DNA of 64,000 nucleotides, taken from positions 2,407 to 66,406 of the IMG/VR virus record IMGVR_UViG_3300050120_000126, one strand, 5' to 3'. A model generated the notes under the pieces. The model was not told where the DNA came from, did no database searches, and saw nothing but the letters and a program-made list of their open reading frames with translations. The position numbers and the translations under genes are program-made. Within the stretch, counting starts at the first letter, position 1; every line of letters begins with the position of its first letter. Positions 1 to 8,487 of the stretch are shown here, in pieces. Source of the stretch: a virus.

Positions 1-107
1 TAAGCGCGAGTGCAAAGCGTTCGCGCCAGCAGATCCGGAAGAAGTATTAAAACGTCGCACCTGGTTAGAAAAACAACGCAGTTTAAATTCAAAAAAGGAG
101 AAATAAC

Positions 108-902
108 ATGACTCAAACGATTGAAGAATTACGGCAAGACATCTCATCTAAGCAAGCAGAGCTTTCGGCCGCACTCGCCAAGTTGGATGCATCGGTAACT
201 GACGAGAATTTCGTACCGGTACCGGAAATGCAGTTTGAACTCGAAGACGGCACGATCCATACCGAGCCGGCATTCCTCATTGGCGCGTATCTGAACAGCA
301 AAGGCGACGCCGGCCAGATTGTGATCGATCCGAAGCGCATGCCATGGACCGGCATCAATTATTACGAGGCCGATGAAATTTGTGAAGCCAATGGCTTGCC
401 GCAAGTCACTGAAACGCAATGGCTCGCGATGGCGCTCAACGCATACCACGTCGCTGAAAATTGGACCGGCGGCGCAGTTGGCGAAGGTTCGATGTTCCAG
501 GGCATCCGCAACGGCGGCGGCGCGCGGCCGGGCGAATACGTCCCGACCGATAAAACCGAACAGCGCTGGTTGCGGCTGTCGAACGGCTCCCGGATCTGCG
601 ATATCAACGGCAACGTCCTTCAATGGGTGAAAGACAACCTGCACGGTGACAAAAAAGGATTGATCGCCAAGAAGATCACATTGGCCTCGCCATCGATCGC
701 ACTGGCGCCGCATCCATCGCTGACTAAGGGCATGGGCTGGCGGCCAAGCCAGGGTGTGGATTGGTCCAGCCGTGCGCTCCTCCGAGGCGGCTACTGGGGC
801 TCGGGCGACTATGCCGGCGCCTTCCGTCTCGGCGTCTGGAATCCCGTCACCCGCGGCGACAGTCTCGGCTTCCGCAGCACCAAGCCTAGCTCGGGTCTCT
901 GA
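108..902 (+). CDS. DGR target protein 1 (CLec/FGE-sulfatase-like fold, C-terminal VR)
   Basis: CLec-type motifs (PWTGINYYEA..C, TETQW, DINGNVLQWV, RGGYW...GFR); 3' end matches the TR with A-specific changes; AAGGAG RBS upstream. Confidence 0.9.
   Translation: MTQTIEELRQDISSKQAELSAALAKLDASVTDENFVPVPEMQFELEDGTIHTEPAFLIGAYLNSKGDAGQIVIDPKRMPWTGINYYEADEICEANGLPQVTETQWLAMALNAYHVAENWTGGAVGEGSMFQGIRNGGGARPGEYVPTDKTEQRWLRLSNGSRICDINGNVLQWVKDNLHGDKKGLIAKKITLASPSIALAPHPSLTKGMGWRPSQGVDWSSRALLRGGYWGSGDYAGAFRLGVWNPVTRGDSLGFRSTKPSSGL
764..877 (+). repeat. DGR variable repeat VR1
   Basis: 114-bp ungapped match to TR; 19 mismatches at TR adenines plus 2 synonymous non-A mismatches. Confidence 0.93.
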
Positions 903-913
903 TCCCTGGCTTC

Positions 914-937
914 GGGCGGCTGCGCAAGCAGTTGCCC
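914..937 (+). promoter_or_regulatory. Post-VR1 hairpin (DGR target-recognition element)
   Basis: GGGCGGCTGC-GCAA-GCAGTTGCCC stem-loop downstream of VR1; related hairpins follow VR2 and VR3. Confidence 0.7.
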
Positions 938-988
938 TGTAAAGAACAGATATGAAAACCAATGAATTGAATTAGCGGGGAGATAAGG

Positions 989-1231
989 ATGAAAAAGGAT
1001 TTCAGAATTGAAGCGGCCCACAAAGCCACCGGCGCCCATCTCGCGCGCGAGGGTCAATTTCAGCGCGGCGAACCGCTAATCCAATCGGATGAGCATGAAT
1101 ACTGGCATCGAATGGAGGATGAATTAGACGCCAAGCGAAAAGACGACGGCGCCGGCGCGATCGTCGGAATGCTGGGCGCGGTGTTCATTATGGGATTAGC
1201 CCTCGCTGGTTTGTATTGGGCATTCAAATGA
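989..1231 (+). CDS. Hypothetical protein with C-terminal TM helix
   Basis: RBS-preceded ORF, hydrophobic C-terminus, overlaps next ATG. Confidence 0.6.
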   Translation: MKKDFRIEAAHKATGAHLAREGQFQRGEPLIQSDEHEYWHRMEDELDAKRKDDGAGAIVGMLGAVFIMGLALAGLYWAFK

Positions 1232-1563
1232 ATGGCCGGGACAAAAAGACCGCACCGCGGCAAAGCCAGGTCATCAGCGTCATGGACATCGGCGTGCGCT
1301 ACAAGGCATCCACGCTCGCCGCCAAGTTCGATATTGCTACGACGACCATGACAACACTCCTACGCACCATGGCGGAACTAGGTTCCATCCAGTCGATGGT
1401 CGAAGGCACGCAGCGCAAATACCTGATTCCGGTCGATCAGCCGCCGGCGGCGCCGGACGCGGTGGCGCGTAACCCGCACGTTTTCACGCCGCCGCTCGAC
1501 GGCTCAATGTCAAAAGCGCGCGATAACTTCGTGGCTGGATGTATGGCGGTGCGCCGTGTTTAG
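1228..1563 (+). CDS. Hypothetical, possible winged-HTH protein
   Basis: ATGA overlap with upstream ORF; ASTLAAKFDI..TTMTTLLRTM pattern. Confidence 0.5.
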   Translation: MNGRDKKTAPRQSQVISVMDIGVRYKASTLAAKFDIATTTMTTLLRTMAELGSIQSMVEGTQRKYLIPVDQPPAAPDAVARNPHVFTPPLDGSMSKARDNFVAGCMAVRRV

Positions 1564-1861
1564 CGACAAATCCATGGAGCGGGCCGAGCAACTCCCATGC
1601 GAAAAGGCTCAAGAGGCCGTAGCGCTGCGCCCGCGCACATCCGGCTTCTTCGATCTGCCCATGCAAACCATGTGCAACGACCCCGAGCATAACGTCCCAT
1701 CGCATCTGTACGTGCCGGCCGGTCAAGGCTATCGCCATATCTGCCCGCGCTGCGGCTACATGCAAACCATCGTCAATGCACCGGTAACGATGGCCGACCA
1801 GGCGCGCCGGAATGATTTGCTGCTGGCTGATGCGATCAGCGCTGGGAGGATCGCCAAATGA
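1556..1861 (+). CDS. Hypothetical Zn-ribbon protein
   Basis: CPRCG motif; coupled to neighbours. Confidence 0.45.
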   Translation: MFSDKSMERAEQLPCEKAQEAVALRPRTSGFFDLPMQTMCNDPEHNVPSHLYVPAGQGYRHICPRCGYMQTIVNAPVTMADQARRNDLLLADAISAGRIAK

Positions 1862-2100
1862 AAGCTTCTGAAACTGGTTCGTGGGCATTCACCGCCGCGC
1901 CAACCGACGACTCCGATATTCGGTGCCGTGAGTGTAGCGTATTCAGCCCCTTGTCCGAATGGGAGATAGGCAGCGTTGATTGCGAGTGCTGTGGCGATCA
2001 CGATGCAATGGTATGCCCTGCTTGCGGTGAGTGTGAGGATCACGTTTATTCAGACCACCATCCGATGGAAGTGCGGCTCAACTTAGGAGGAAAGATATGA
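1858..2100 (+). CDS. Hypothetical Cys-rich Zn-finger protein
   Basis: Three CxxC motifs; ATGA overlaps on both sides. Confidence 0.5.
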   Translation: MKASETGSWAFTAAPTDDSDIRCRECSVFSPLSEWEIGSVDCECCGDHDAMVCPACGECEDHVYSDHHPMEVRLNLGGKI

Positions 2101-2579
2101 CCGGAGCAATGGAGGGGATAGACATGCTATCGCTGATGCTGGCGCGGGATGGGAAGGAAAAGAGCAGGGCAATGCCTGCGAACCGGTATGACGATCCGGC
2201 TAAACATGTTGAATTCGGGAAAGCTATGGAATATAAAGAGATTGCGGATCAACTGCTGCAGGAGTGGCACGAATGGTCTGCGACGTACCGGCCGGCACTA
2301 GGCGTTCCGGGTTGCGCGCCATCGTGCCGCGAAGCCACGACAAGCAAGCAGTGGGATAGTACAACCGATATCGGCGATGCCAGCATCCGCGCCAAGGAAA
2401 TGGAAAACGTCGAATGGTGCGTCGACGCGATTCCACTGCCATGCCGCCAAGCGATCGGGATCGAAATGAAGAATCGCGCTGTCAAGGCGAAGGTCTGGCG
2501 TTGCGCCGGCGCCGCGACGTATGACGAGGCGATCGAGGCGATTCTACCGATCATGCGCAAGCGCGGCTTATTTGATTGA
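2097..2579 (+). CDS. Putative late-gene regulator (Q-position protein)
   Basis: Last gene of the rightward operon before the late promoter region; LLQEWHEW N-terminus as in Q-like proteins; mainly positional. Confidence 0.45.
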   Translation: MTGAMEGIDMLSLMLARDGKEKSRAMPANRYDDPAKHVEFGKAMEYKEIADQLLQEWHEWSATYRPALGVPGCAPSCREATTSKQWDSTTDIGDASIRAKEMENVEWCVDAIPLPCRQAIGIEMKNRAVKAKVWRCAGAATYDEAIEAILPIMRKRGLFD

Positions 2580-2669
2580 GTACGTTCGACTATGCTTACT
2601 GCTTCCGCTTTAGGCATAGTCCAGCGATCCCAATTACATTTTTGCGACAAATATTAAAAAATGCTTGTG

Positions 2670-2685
2670 CTGTTTGTAAATACAG
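2670..2685 (+). promoter_or_regulatory. LexA (SOS) box overlapping a sigma70-like promoter
   Basis: CTGT-TTGTAAAT-ACAG fits CTGT-N8-ACAG; TTGTGC-17 nt-TATTCT brackets it. Confidence 0.6.
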
Positions 2686-2803
2686 TATATTCTCCTTTTT
2701 GTGGAGCGAAGTCGCGCCCGAAGATTTATAGCAATCAGATAGTTTGTGTGAATCGCAAGCCCCGAACCTTAACTGGCCGGGGATTTTTGTTTTTCAGATC
2801 AAT

Positions 2804-2880
2804 AGCGGAGTGGAGCAGTGGGCAGCTCGTCGGCCTCATAAGCCGAAGGTCGGTGATTCGAATTCACCCTCTCGCTACCA
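2804..2880 (+). tRNA. tRNA with CAT anticodon, initiator-like but atypical
   Basis: Cloverleaf: D-arm GAGC..GCTC, anticodon arm TCGGC-CTCATAA-GCCGA, T-arm GGTGA-TTCGAAT-TCACC, encoded CCA; resembles bacterial tRNA-fMet. Confidence 0.85.
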
Positions 2881-2997
2881 AACGCGGGAGCGTCACGCGC
2901 AAGACCTGGGTAAAGCCAGTGAGCGCCGATTTAATCAGCGGGTGCGGCATAGTGTGCCTCATGCTTACCGCACCGGACGCTGTACCCGGTAACCTAT

Positions 2998-3417
2998 TTA
3001 GACTGCGACAAGTTCGACGTTCTTGCCGAGTGCGCCAAGCGCCTCTTCAATACGATCGATCTTAGTCGTATGGTGTAGATCGATAAGGCGATTAACTTCT
3101 TGCTTTGTTGTTTCAAGGCGAGCGGCAAGATCAACCGGCCGCATCTGTTGGGCCAGCATCTCATTAAGCAGCATCACTTTTGCGGCGATGCTAAGAGGAA
3201 GAGCGATAAGACGCTCGCCTTTTTTAGCTTTAGATGGTGGAGGCACAGGGCGTTTATCCTCGAAATAGAAGTCCATCGAGGTTAAGAGTGCATCAGCAGC
3301 CATATCGAGTGCCTCCTCTTCGGTATCGCCCTGGGTAATTGCCTCTGGGATATCGCGGAAAGTAACGACAAAGCCACCGGCTTCGTGATCTGGTTCAAAG
3401 TGAGCTGGATATTTCAT
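2998..3417 (-). CDS. hicB: HicB family antitoxin
   Basis: GGFVVTFRDIPEAITQGDTEEEALDMAADAL N-terminal domain plus C-terminal HTH. Confidence 0.92.
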   Translation of the reverse strand: MKYPAHFEPDHEAGGFVVTFRDIPEAITQGDTEEEALDMAADALLTSMDFYFEDKRPVPPPSKAKKGERLIALPLSIAAKVMLLNEMLAQQMRPVDLAARLETTKQEVNRLIDLHHTTKIDRIEEALGALGKNVELVAV

Positions 3418-3517
3418 TCTATGCTTTCTATATTAGAGATTCCGGGTACTTATTTCTGCTTGTAACTGGTAATGCGGTGTATCTAGCGATCGTGAGAAAA
3501 CCCCTTTCGGGGTAGTC

Positions 3518-3694
3518 TCACTTTAGTCCAAGTTGTTTTTTTATCCCCTCCACAGTTCCTTTTTTCATATCTTGGGAACCGTGTCGGCCTATGATGGTTT
3601 GCTTGCCGTTCAGTGTGACTTTCATGTGTTTCGCACCATCCTCGAAAGTCGCACCTTGCTGCTTTAACCATCTGACAAGCTCGCTTTGTTTCAC
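3518..3694 (-). CDS. hicA: HicA family toxin (mRNA interferase)
   Basis: GTG start after AAAGGAGG; ~58 aa with GAKH and PRH-like (GRHG) motifs, IKKQLGL end; upstream of hicB. Confidence 0.9.
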   Translation of the reverse strand: MKQSELVRWLKQQGATFEDGAKHMKVTLNGKQTIIGRHGSQDMKKGTVEGIKKQLGLK

Positions 3695-3727
3695 CGCACC
3701 TCCTTTGTTTGTTTCGATGTATGTATA

Positions 3728-3780
3728 GTAATCAAATATGATTACTGACGCAAGCACTTTCGGTAACTATATTTGATTAC
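3728..3780. promoter_or_regulatory. Inverted operator pair upstream of hicA (probable HicB sites)
   Basis: GTAATCAAATATGATTAC (3728-3745) and GTAACTATATTTGATTAC (3763-3780). Confidence 0.55.
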
Positions 3781-4075
3781 TTTGTAACGAGTCTCCATCC
3801 AATCCGAAAGATTGGACTTGCCCGCACCGCTTGCCCGGCTGCGGGCTTTTTTATATGGCTTCGGCCACATTGATTGTTCCGAGAGACTGCTGACTAGGTT
3901 GGGTGAACGCGCACACGCTGCGACGGGTTGCTCGGGATATTCGTTTTTGAATAGTTGTCGCTCAACCGCTAGCTGGTAACACGGGATATATGCCCAGCGC
4001 CGCCGACGTAGACGATCCGACCTTTCGAGTAGTGGATGTACCCAGGAGCGGGCGGCGGCAATTTAAGGATTTGAG

Positions 4076-4432
4076 ATGGCATACCCAACCGATCAAGGAA
4101 ATCCGGCCGCTGCGATTCCGGCCTATGAGGTGGGTCAACCAGGCGCAGGGCCATATCCTAATCGTCAAAGTTTGGCTGGTGGCGCAATTCCCGTGTATGT
4201 GGTGTCCGGCCCCGGCACAGCGCCTTATCCTGCCGACCAATCGAAAGCGCGCGGTGCAATTCCAATACGGATTGTTTCGGCGCCAGTGGGCAACGGACCA
4301 TTTTCGAGTGACCAGAAGCAAAACACCGGCGGCATTCCAATTTGGGTAGTGACAAATCCAACAGGGAAGTTATCAGCCTACCCGAACGCGCAAAACAACC
4401 CGCTCGGCGCGATACCCGTTTATTTGGTGTAA
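4076..4432 (+). CDS. Small internally repeated protein
   Basis: Five copies of (A/P)YPxxQxxxxGAIP(V/I)Y; first gene of the packaging module. Confidence 0.65.
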   Translation: MAYPTDQGNPAAAIPAYEVGQPGAGPYPNRQSLAGGAIPVYVVSGPGTAPYPADQSKARGAIPIRIVSAPVGNGPFSSDQKQNTGGIPIWVVTNPTGKLSAYPNAQNNPLGAIPVYLV

Positions 4433-4436
4433 CCCG

Positions 4437-5084
4437 ATGGCGAAGAATAAAGTATCGGCGATTCGCGATGCTATGCGAACAAGGCCGATGCCGCCCAAAG
4501 AGATATTTGACCCGGTAGGCAAGTTATTTCATGCGGCGCCGGACGTTCTAGCGTGGGCGCAGGAGCAAATCCTGAAAGACGGCGCCCCGCTCTATAACGA
4601 AGACCACAAGCACTTAGAGTTCGCCGACATCGCGTTTATGTGGGCTGAATCCGGTTTCGTGAAAGCAGGGCGCACGGTGCTCGGCCAGTGCGAGGAGATT
4701 ACCTTTCGCTGTGGCCTGTGGCAAAAGGGGCGCCAGCAACAGCAGATGGTCGAATGGTTCGGGCATGTGCCTGATTATCTAATTACGCTAGACGCCAAGT
4801 TCTGCATTGAGTGTTCGGACGCTGACTTCTGCGCATTGGTAGAACACGAGCTTTATCACATAGGACATCTACTGGATGAGTACGGTCAGCCAGCCTATGG
4901 TAAGTGGGGCGATCCGAAGCTTGGAATTCGCGGTCATGACGTGGAAGAGTTCACTGGAGTGGTCCGGCGCTACGGGGCATCTGCCGATGTCGCCAAGATG
5001 GTAGAGGCTGCCAACAAGATGCCTGAAGTATCAAAACTTAACATTGCAAGGGCGTGCGGCACATGCCTTTTAAAGTCGGCATGA
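4437..5084 (+). CDS. Putative phage metallopeptidase
   Basis: HELYH (HExxH) and downstream GHDVEEF motif. Confidence 0.8.
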   Translation: MAKNKVSAIRDAMRTRPMPPKEIFDPVGKLFHAAPDVLAWAQEQILKDGAPLYNEDHKHLEFADIAFMWAESGFVKAGRTVLGQCEEITFRCGLWQKGRQQQQMVEWFGHVPDYLITLDAKFCIECSDADFCALVEHELYHIGHLLDEYGQPAYGKWGDPKLGIRGHDVEEFTGVVRRYGASADVAKMVEAANKMPEVSKLNIARACGTCLLKSA

Positions 5085-5114
5085 CTTGGAATGTGCTTGG
5101 AAGAAAGTAAGTAA

Positions 5115-5585
5115 ATGGCGGCTCTCACCGAAAAGGTAAAACTCCATATCGTGCAGGCATTGGCTTGTTTCGATACGCCGACGCAAGCCTCTAAGAGCGT
5201 CCAAGCAGAATTTGGGCTGGCTGTTTCGCCGCAGCAATGCGAGGCATACGATCCTCATAAACGGACGGGAAATCGTCTTAGCGAGAAATATAAAAAGATT
5301 TTCGAAGCTACCCGAAAAGCTTTTCTTGAAGATACGAGTTTAATTGGTGTGTCACACCGCGCGGTGCGCTTGCGCACGTTGCAGCGCCTTATTGATCGCT
5401 GCGAGAGTTCAGGCAACGTCCCATTGACGGCGCAATTGCTTGAGCAGGTTGCCAAAGAGACTGGCGATTCTTTTACCAATAGACAAAAAGTCCAACTTAA
5501 TGCCGCGGTTACGAACAGGGAGCCACGCGAATTGACGGACGAAGAGCTGAAAGAAGAGCTTGCTAAATATGGGATCGAACCATGA
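5115..5585 (+). CDS. Terminase small subunit (DUF2280-like)
   Basis: IVQALACFDTP..FG...QQCEAYDP signature; directly upstream of TerL. Confidence 0.8.
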   Translation: MAALTEKVKLHIVQALACFDTPTQASKSVQAEFGLAVSPQQCEAYDPHKRTGNRLSEKYKKIFEATRKAFLEDTSLIGVSHRAVRLRTLQRLIDRCESSGNVPLTAQLLEQVAKETGDSFTNRQKVQLNAAVTNREPRELTDEELKEELAKYGIEP

Positions 5586-7062
5586 AAAGCTTGCTCTTTT
5601 AAAGGAAGCTAGATTACGGAAATGCCGAACGGATTTTCTGACCTATCGCAAGACCATCAACCCGACGGCTAAATGGGGCTGGTGGCAGATAGAAATAGCG
5701 CGCGAGTTGCAGACGTTCTTTGATGACCTGGTGGCAGGTAAGCGCCCGAAGCTAGTTATTCAGGCACCTCCGCAGCATGGTAAGTCGGTGCAAGTCATCG
5801 ATTTTATTTCTTGGATTGCCGGCAAGAACCCATCCTGTCGGACTATCTACACGTCGTTTTCAGAACGATTAGGTATTAGGGCTAATCTTCGGCTACAGCG
5901 GTTATACGATTCGCCAATTTACGCCGAGATATTCCCAGGGACAACGATCAACCGATCGAATGCCGTGACGCTGGCCGGACAGTATTTACGGAATCGGGAG
6001 ATTCTTGAGTATGTCGGAACAGAAGGTTATTTTCGGAATACAACGGTTCGCGGATCGATTACCGGCGAGTCTTTGGATTTGGGTGTTATCGATGACCCGA
6101 TTCGTGGTAGGTCCGACGCGAATAGTCCGACGATCCGTGATGCGGCGTGGGATTGGTTCACGGATGATTTCTTCACCCGATTTAGTGAAGAGGCCGGATT
6201 ACTGGCGATTCTGACTCGTTGGCATGTAGACGACCCTATCGGACGTTTGATAGATCGATATCCAGAAGTAAAAGTATTGAGTTACCCGGCAATCGCGGAG
6301 GTGAACGATGCTAATCGAAAGGTTGGCGAAGCACTTTTCCCAGAACACAAGTCGGTTGAATTCTTGCGTGAGCGCGAGTCGATCATGGATCGGCCGAATT
6401 GGCTTGCTCTGTATCAGCAACGTCCTACGGCGTCAATGGACGGAACACTTTTCAGCGCTGAAAACATGCTTGTTGACGGGCAACCTGTGCCGATTCCAGT
6501 TGGCTGCGATTTTGTTTATGCAGTCATCGATTCAGCATTCAAAGCAGGCGACAAGAACGACGGCACGGCTGTCGCATATTGGGCCAGGTCTCGTTTCACT
6601 GGTATCCCGCTGGTTCTCTTGGATTGGGACATCGTTCAGATCGAAGGCGACTTGATCATTGAATGGTTTCCATCGATTACATCTAGGCTTGAAGAATTAT
6701 CGACAGCGACTAAGGCGAGGATGGGCAGCGCTGGCACGTTTATTGAAGATAAGGCCAGCGGAATTATATTGCTGCAGCATGCCGCTAGAAATGGGCTTCA
6801 AGCCCATGCGATCGATAGCAAGCTGACAGCGGTTGGCAAAGATGCGCGCGGCATAGCGGTCTCTGGGTACGTATATGAAGGGCGCGTCAAGATGAGCGCG
6901 CCGGCATACAACAAGGTAACTAAATATAAGGGAAGAACGCAGAACCATTTCATGACGCAATTCTTCGGATATCAACTTGGGGTACCAAATCAGGCTGATG
7001 ATCTTTACGACGTAGGCGTTTACGGCATTTCGATTGGTTTGGGCGATTCAGAGGGCATTTAA
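5560..7062 (+). CDS. terL: Terminase large subunit
   Basis: Walker A PPQHGKS, Walker B GVIDDP, TRWH motif, C-terminal nuclease acidic residues. Confidence 0.95.
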   Translation: MLNMGSNHEKLALLKEARLRKCRTDFLTYRKTINPTAKWGWWQIEIARELQTFFDDLVAGKRPKLVIQAPPQHGKSVQVIDFISWIAGKNPSCRTIYTSFSERLGIRANLRLQRLYDSPIYAEIFPGTTINRSNAVTLAGQYLRNREILEYVGTEGYFRNTTVRGSITGESLDLGVIDDPIRGRSDANSPTIRDAAWDWFTDDFFTRFSEEAGLLAILTRWHVDDPIGRLIDRYPEVKVLSYPAIAEVNDANRKVGEALFPEHKSVEFLRERESIMDRPNWLALYQQRPTASMDGTLFSAENMLVDGQPVPIPVGCDFVYAVIDSAFKAGDKNDGTAVAYWARSRFTGIPLVLLDWDIVQIEGDLIIEWFPSITSRLEELSTATKARMGSAGTFIEDKASGIILLQHAARNGLQAHAIDSKLTAVGKDARGIAVSGYVYEGRVKMSAPAYNKVTKYKGRTQNHFMTQFFGYQLGVPNQADDLYDVGVYGISIGLGDSEGI

Positions 7063-8487
7063 ATGAGCGAACACAGCACGATTGGCATTTCAGGATCGTC
7101 GCTAGGCTCCGCTCTATCCGACCTCCTCATGTGTGATGAGATGGTGCCAGGCGCTGAAATAAGCTACCAGCTGGCCAAGACGATTTATCTATATCACCCG
7201 CTCGGCGGGAAGATGGTCGACAAGCCAATCAAGATGGCGATGAGCCAGGATCGGATTATCGCCATACCGGGCAGTCCAGAAGATATGGTCAAAAAGGCAT
7301 TTCTCGCTGAATGGGATGCCTTGCAGTGCGATAAGCTCATTGCCAATACAAAACGGATTTCACGCATCTATGGTGTTTCCTCAATCGTATATGGCGCTGT
7401 CGGAGTCGATACTGATAAAGCGATCGATCCGAAGGATTTATCGAAATTGGAGTTGTATTTCAATATCCTTGACCCGCTGAATACGGCCGGCAGCTTGGTA
7501 TTGAACCAAGATCCGAATGCGCCGGACTTTCTGAAGCACGCATCGATCACTGTGTCTGGACAACCTTACCACCGGTCCCGCGCATGCGTGATTATGAATG
7601 GCGAACCGATTTACATCGGTTACACCAATTCGGCATTCGGCTATGTCGGGCGGTCGACGTATCAGCGTGCGTTGTTCCCGATGAAGTCATTTGTTCAGTC
7701 GATGATTACCGACGATATGGTGACGCGTAAGGCTGGGTTGCTGATCGCTAAGATGAAGGGCGCCGGTAGCATCGCTGACAACCTGATGCAGAAACTTGCC
7801 GGCTTCAAGCGCCAACTGCTCAAGGAAGCGAAGACCGGCAACGTGTTGAATGTCGATATTACCGAGGATATCGAAACGCTGAATATGCAGAATGCCGATA
7901 CGGCAATGTTGACTGCACGCAAAAATATCATCGAAAATATTGCATCGGCCGATGACATGCCGGCGAAGATTTTACTATCAGAATCTTTTGCTGAGGGCTT
8001 CGGCGAGGGTTCTGAGGATGCCAAAGACGTCGTGCGTTATTTGGTTGGCTTGCGTGACGAGTTGCAGCCGCTATACGACTTCTTTGATCCAATCGTCATG
8101 CGGCGCGCGTGGAGTCCTGAGTTCTATGAGACTGTCCAGGCTCAGTTTCCAGAATTCAAAAAAATCAGTTACAACGCGGCGTTCTACTCTTGGTCGAATG
8201 CCTTCAGCGCCACCTGGCCGAATCTAATCGAAGAGCCTGAAAGCGAAAAGACCAAGACCGACGACGTTAAGTTAAAAGGCATCGTTGCGATGTTGGAAGT
8301 CCTACTGCCGAATATGGACCCTGAAAACAAAGCGATCCTGATTGACTGGGCGGCTTCGAACTTCAACGAATGTAAGTCACTGCTGCAACATCCTCTTGTT
8401 TTGGATATGGAAGCTTTACGCGACTACGTTCCTCCAGAACCGCCAGCAGCGGTCGACGCGCCGAAACCCTTCGCTGCAGCCGCATGA
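7063..8487 (+). CDS. Portal protein (DUF1073-like)
   Basis: Size and position after TerL; SRIYG, HRSR and DMPAKILL motifs. Confidence 0.85.
   Translation: MSEHSTIGISGSSLGSALSDLLMCDEMVPGAEISYQLAKTIYLYHPLGGKMVDKPIKMAMSQDRIIAIPGSPEDMVKKAFLAEWDALQCDKLIANTKRISRIYGVSSIVYGAVGVDTDKAIDPKDLSKLELYFNILDPLNTAGSLVLNQDPNAPDFLKHASITVSGQPYHRSRACVIMNGEPIYIGYTNSAFGYVGRSTYQRALFPMKSFVQSMITDDMVTRKAGLLIAKMKGAGSIADNLMQKLAGFKRQLLKEAKTGNVLNVDITEDIETLNMQNADTAMLTARKNIIENIASADDMPAKILLSESFAEGFGEGSEDAKDVVRYLVGLRDELQPLYDFFDPIVMRRAWSPEFYETVQAQFPEFKKISYNAAFYSWSNAFSATWPNLIEEPESEKTKTDDVKLKGIVAMLEVLLPNMDPENKAILIDWAASNFNECKSLLQHPLVLDMEALRDYVPPEPPAAVDAPKPFAAAA

Noticed and set aside
764-877. The four 114-bp copies as a CRISPR array or IS ends
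   Set aside because: They are dispersed, coding and A-specifically divergent; no spacers, cas genes or transposase
7063-8487. Anti-CBASS Acb1 label sometimes attached to DUF1073 proteins
   Set aside because: Position and size indicate a portal; no 2H-phosphodiesterase HxT pair is evident
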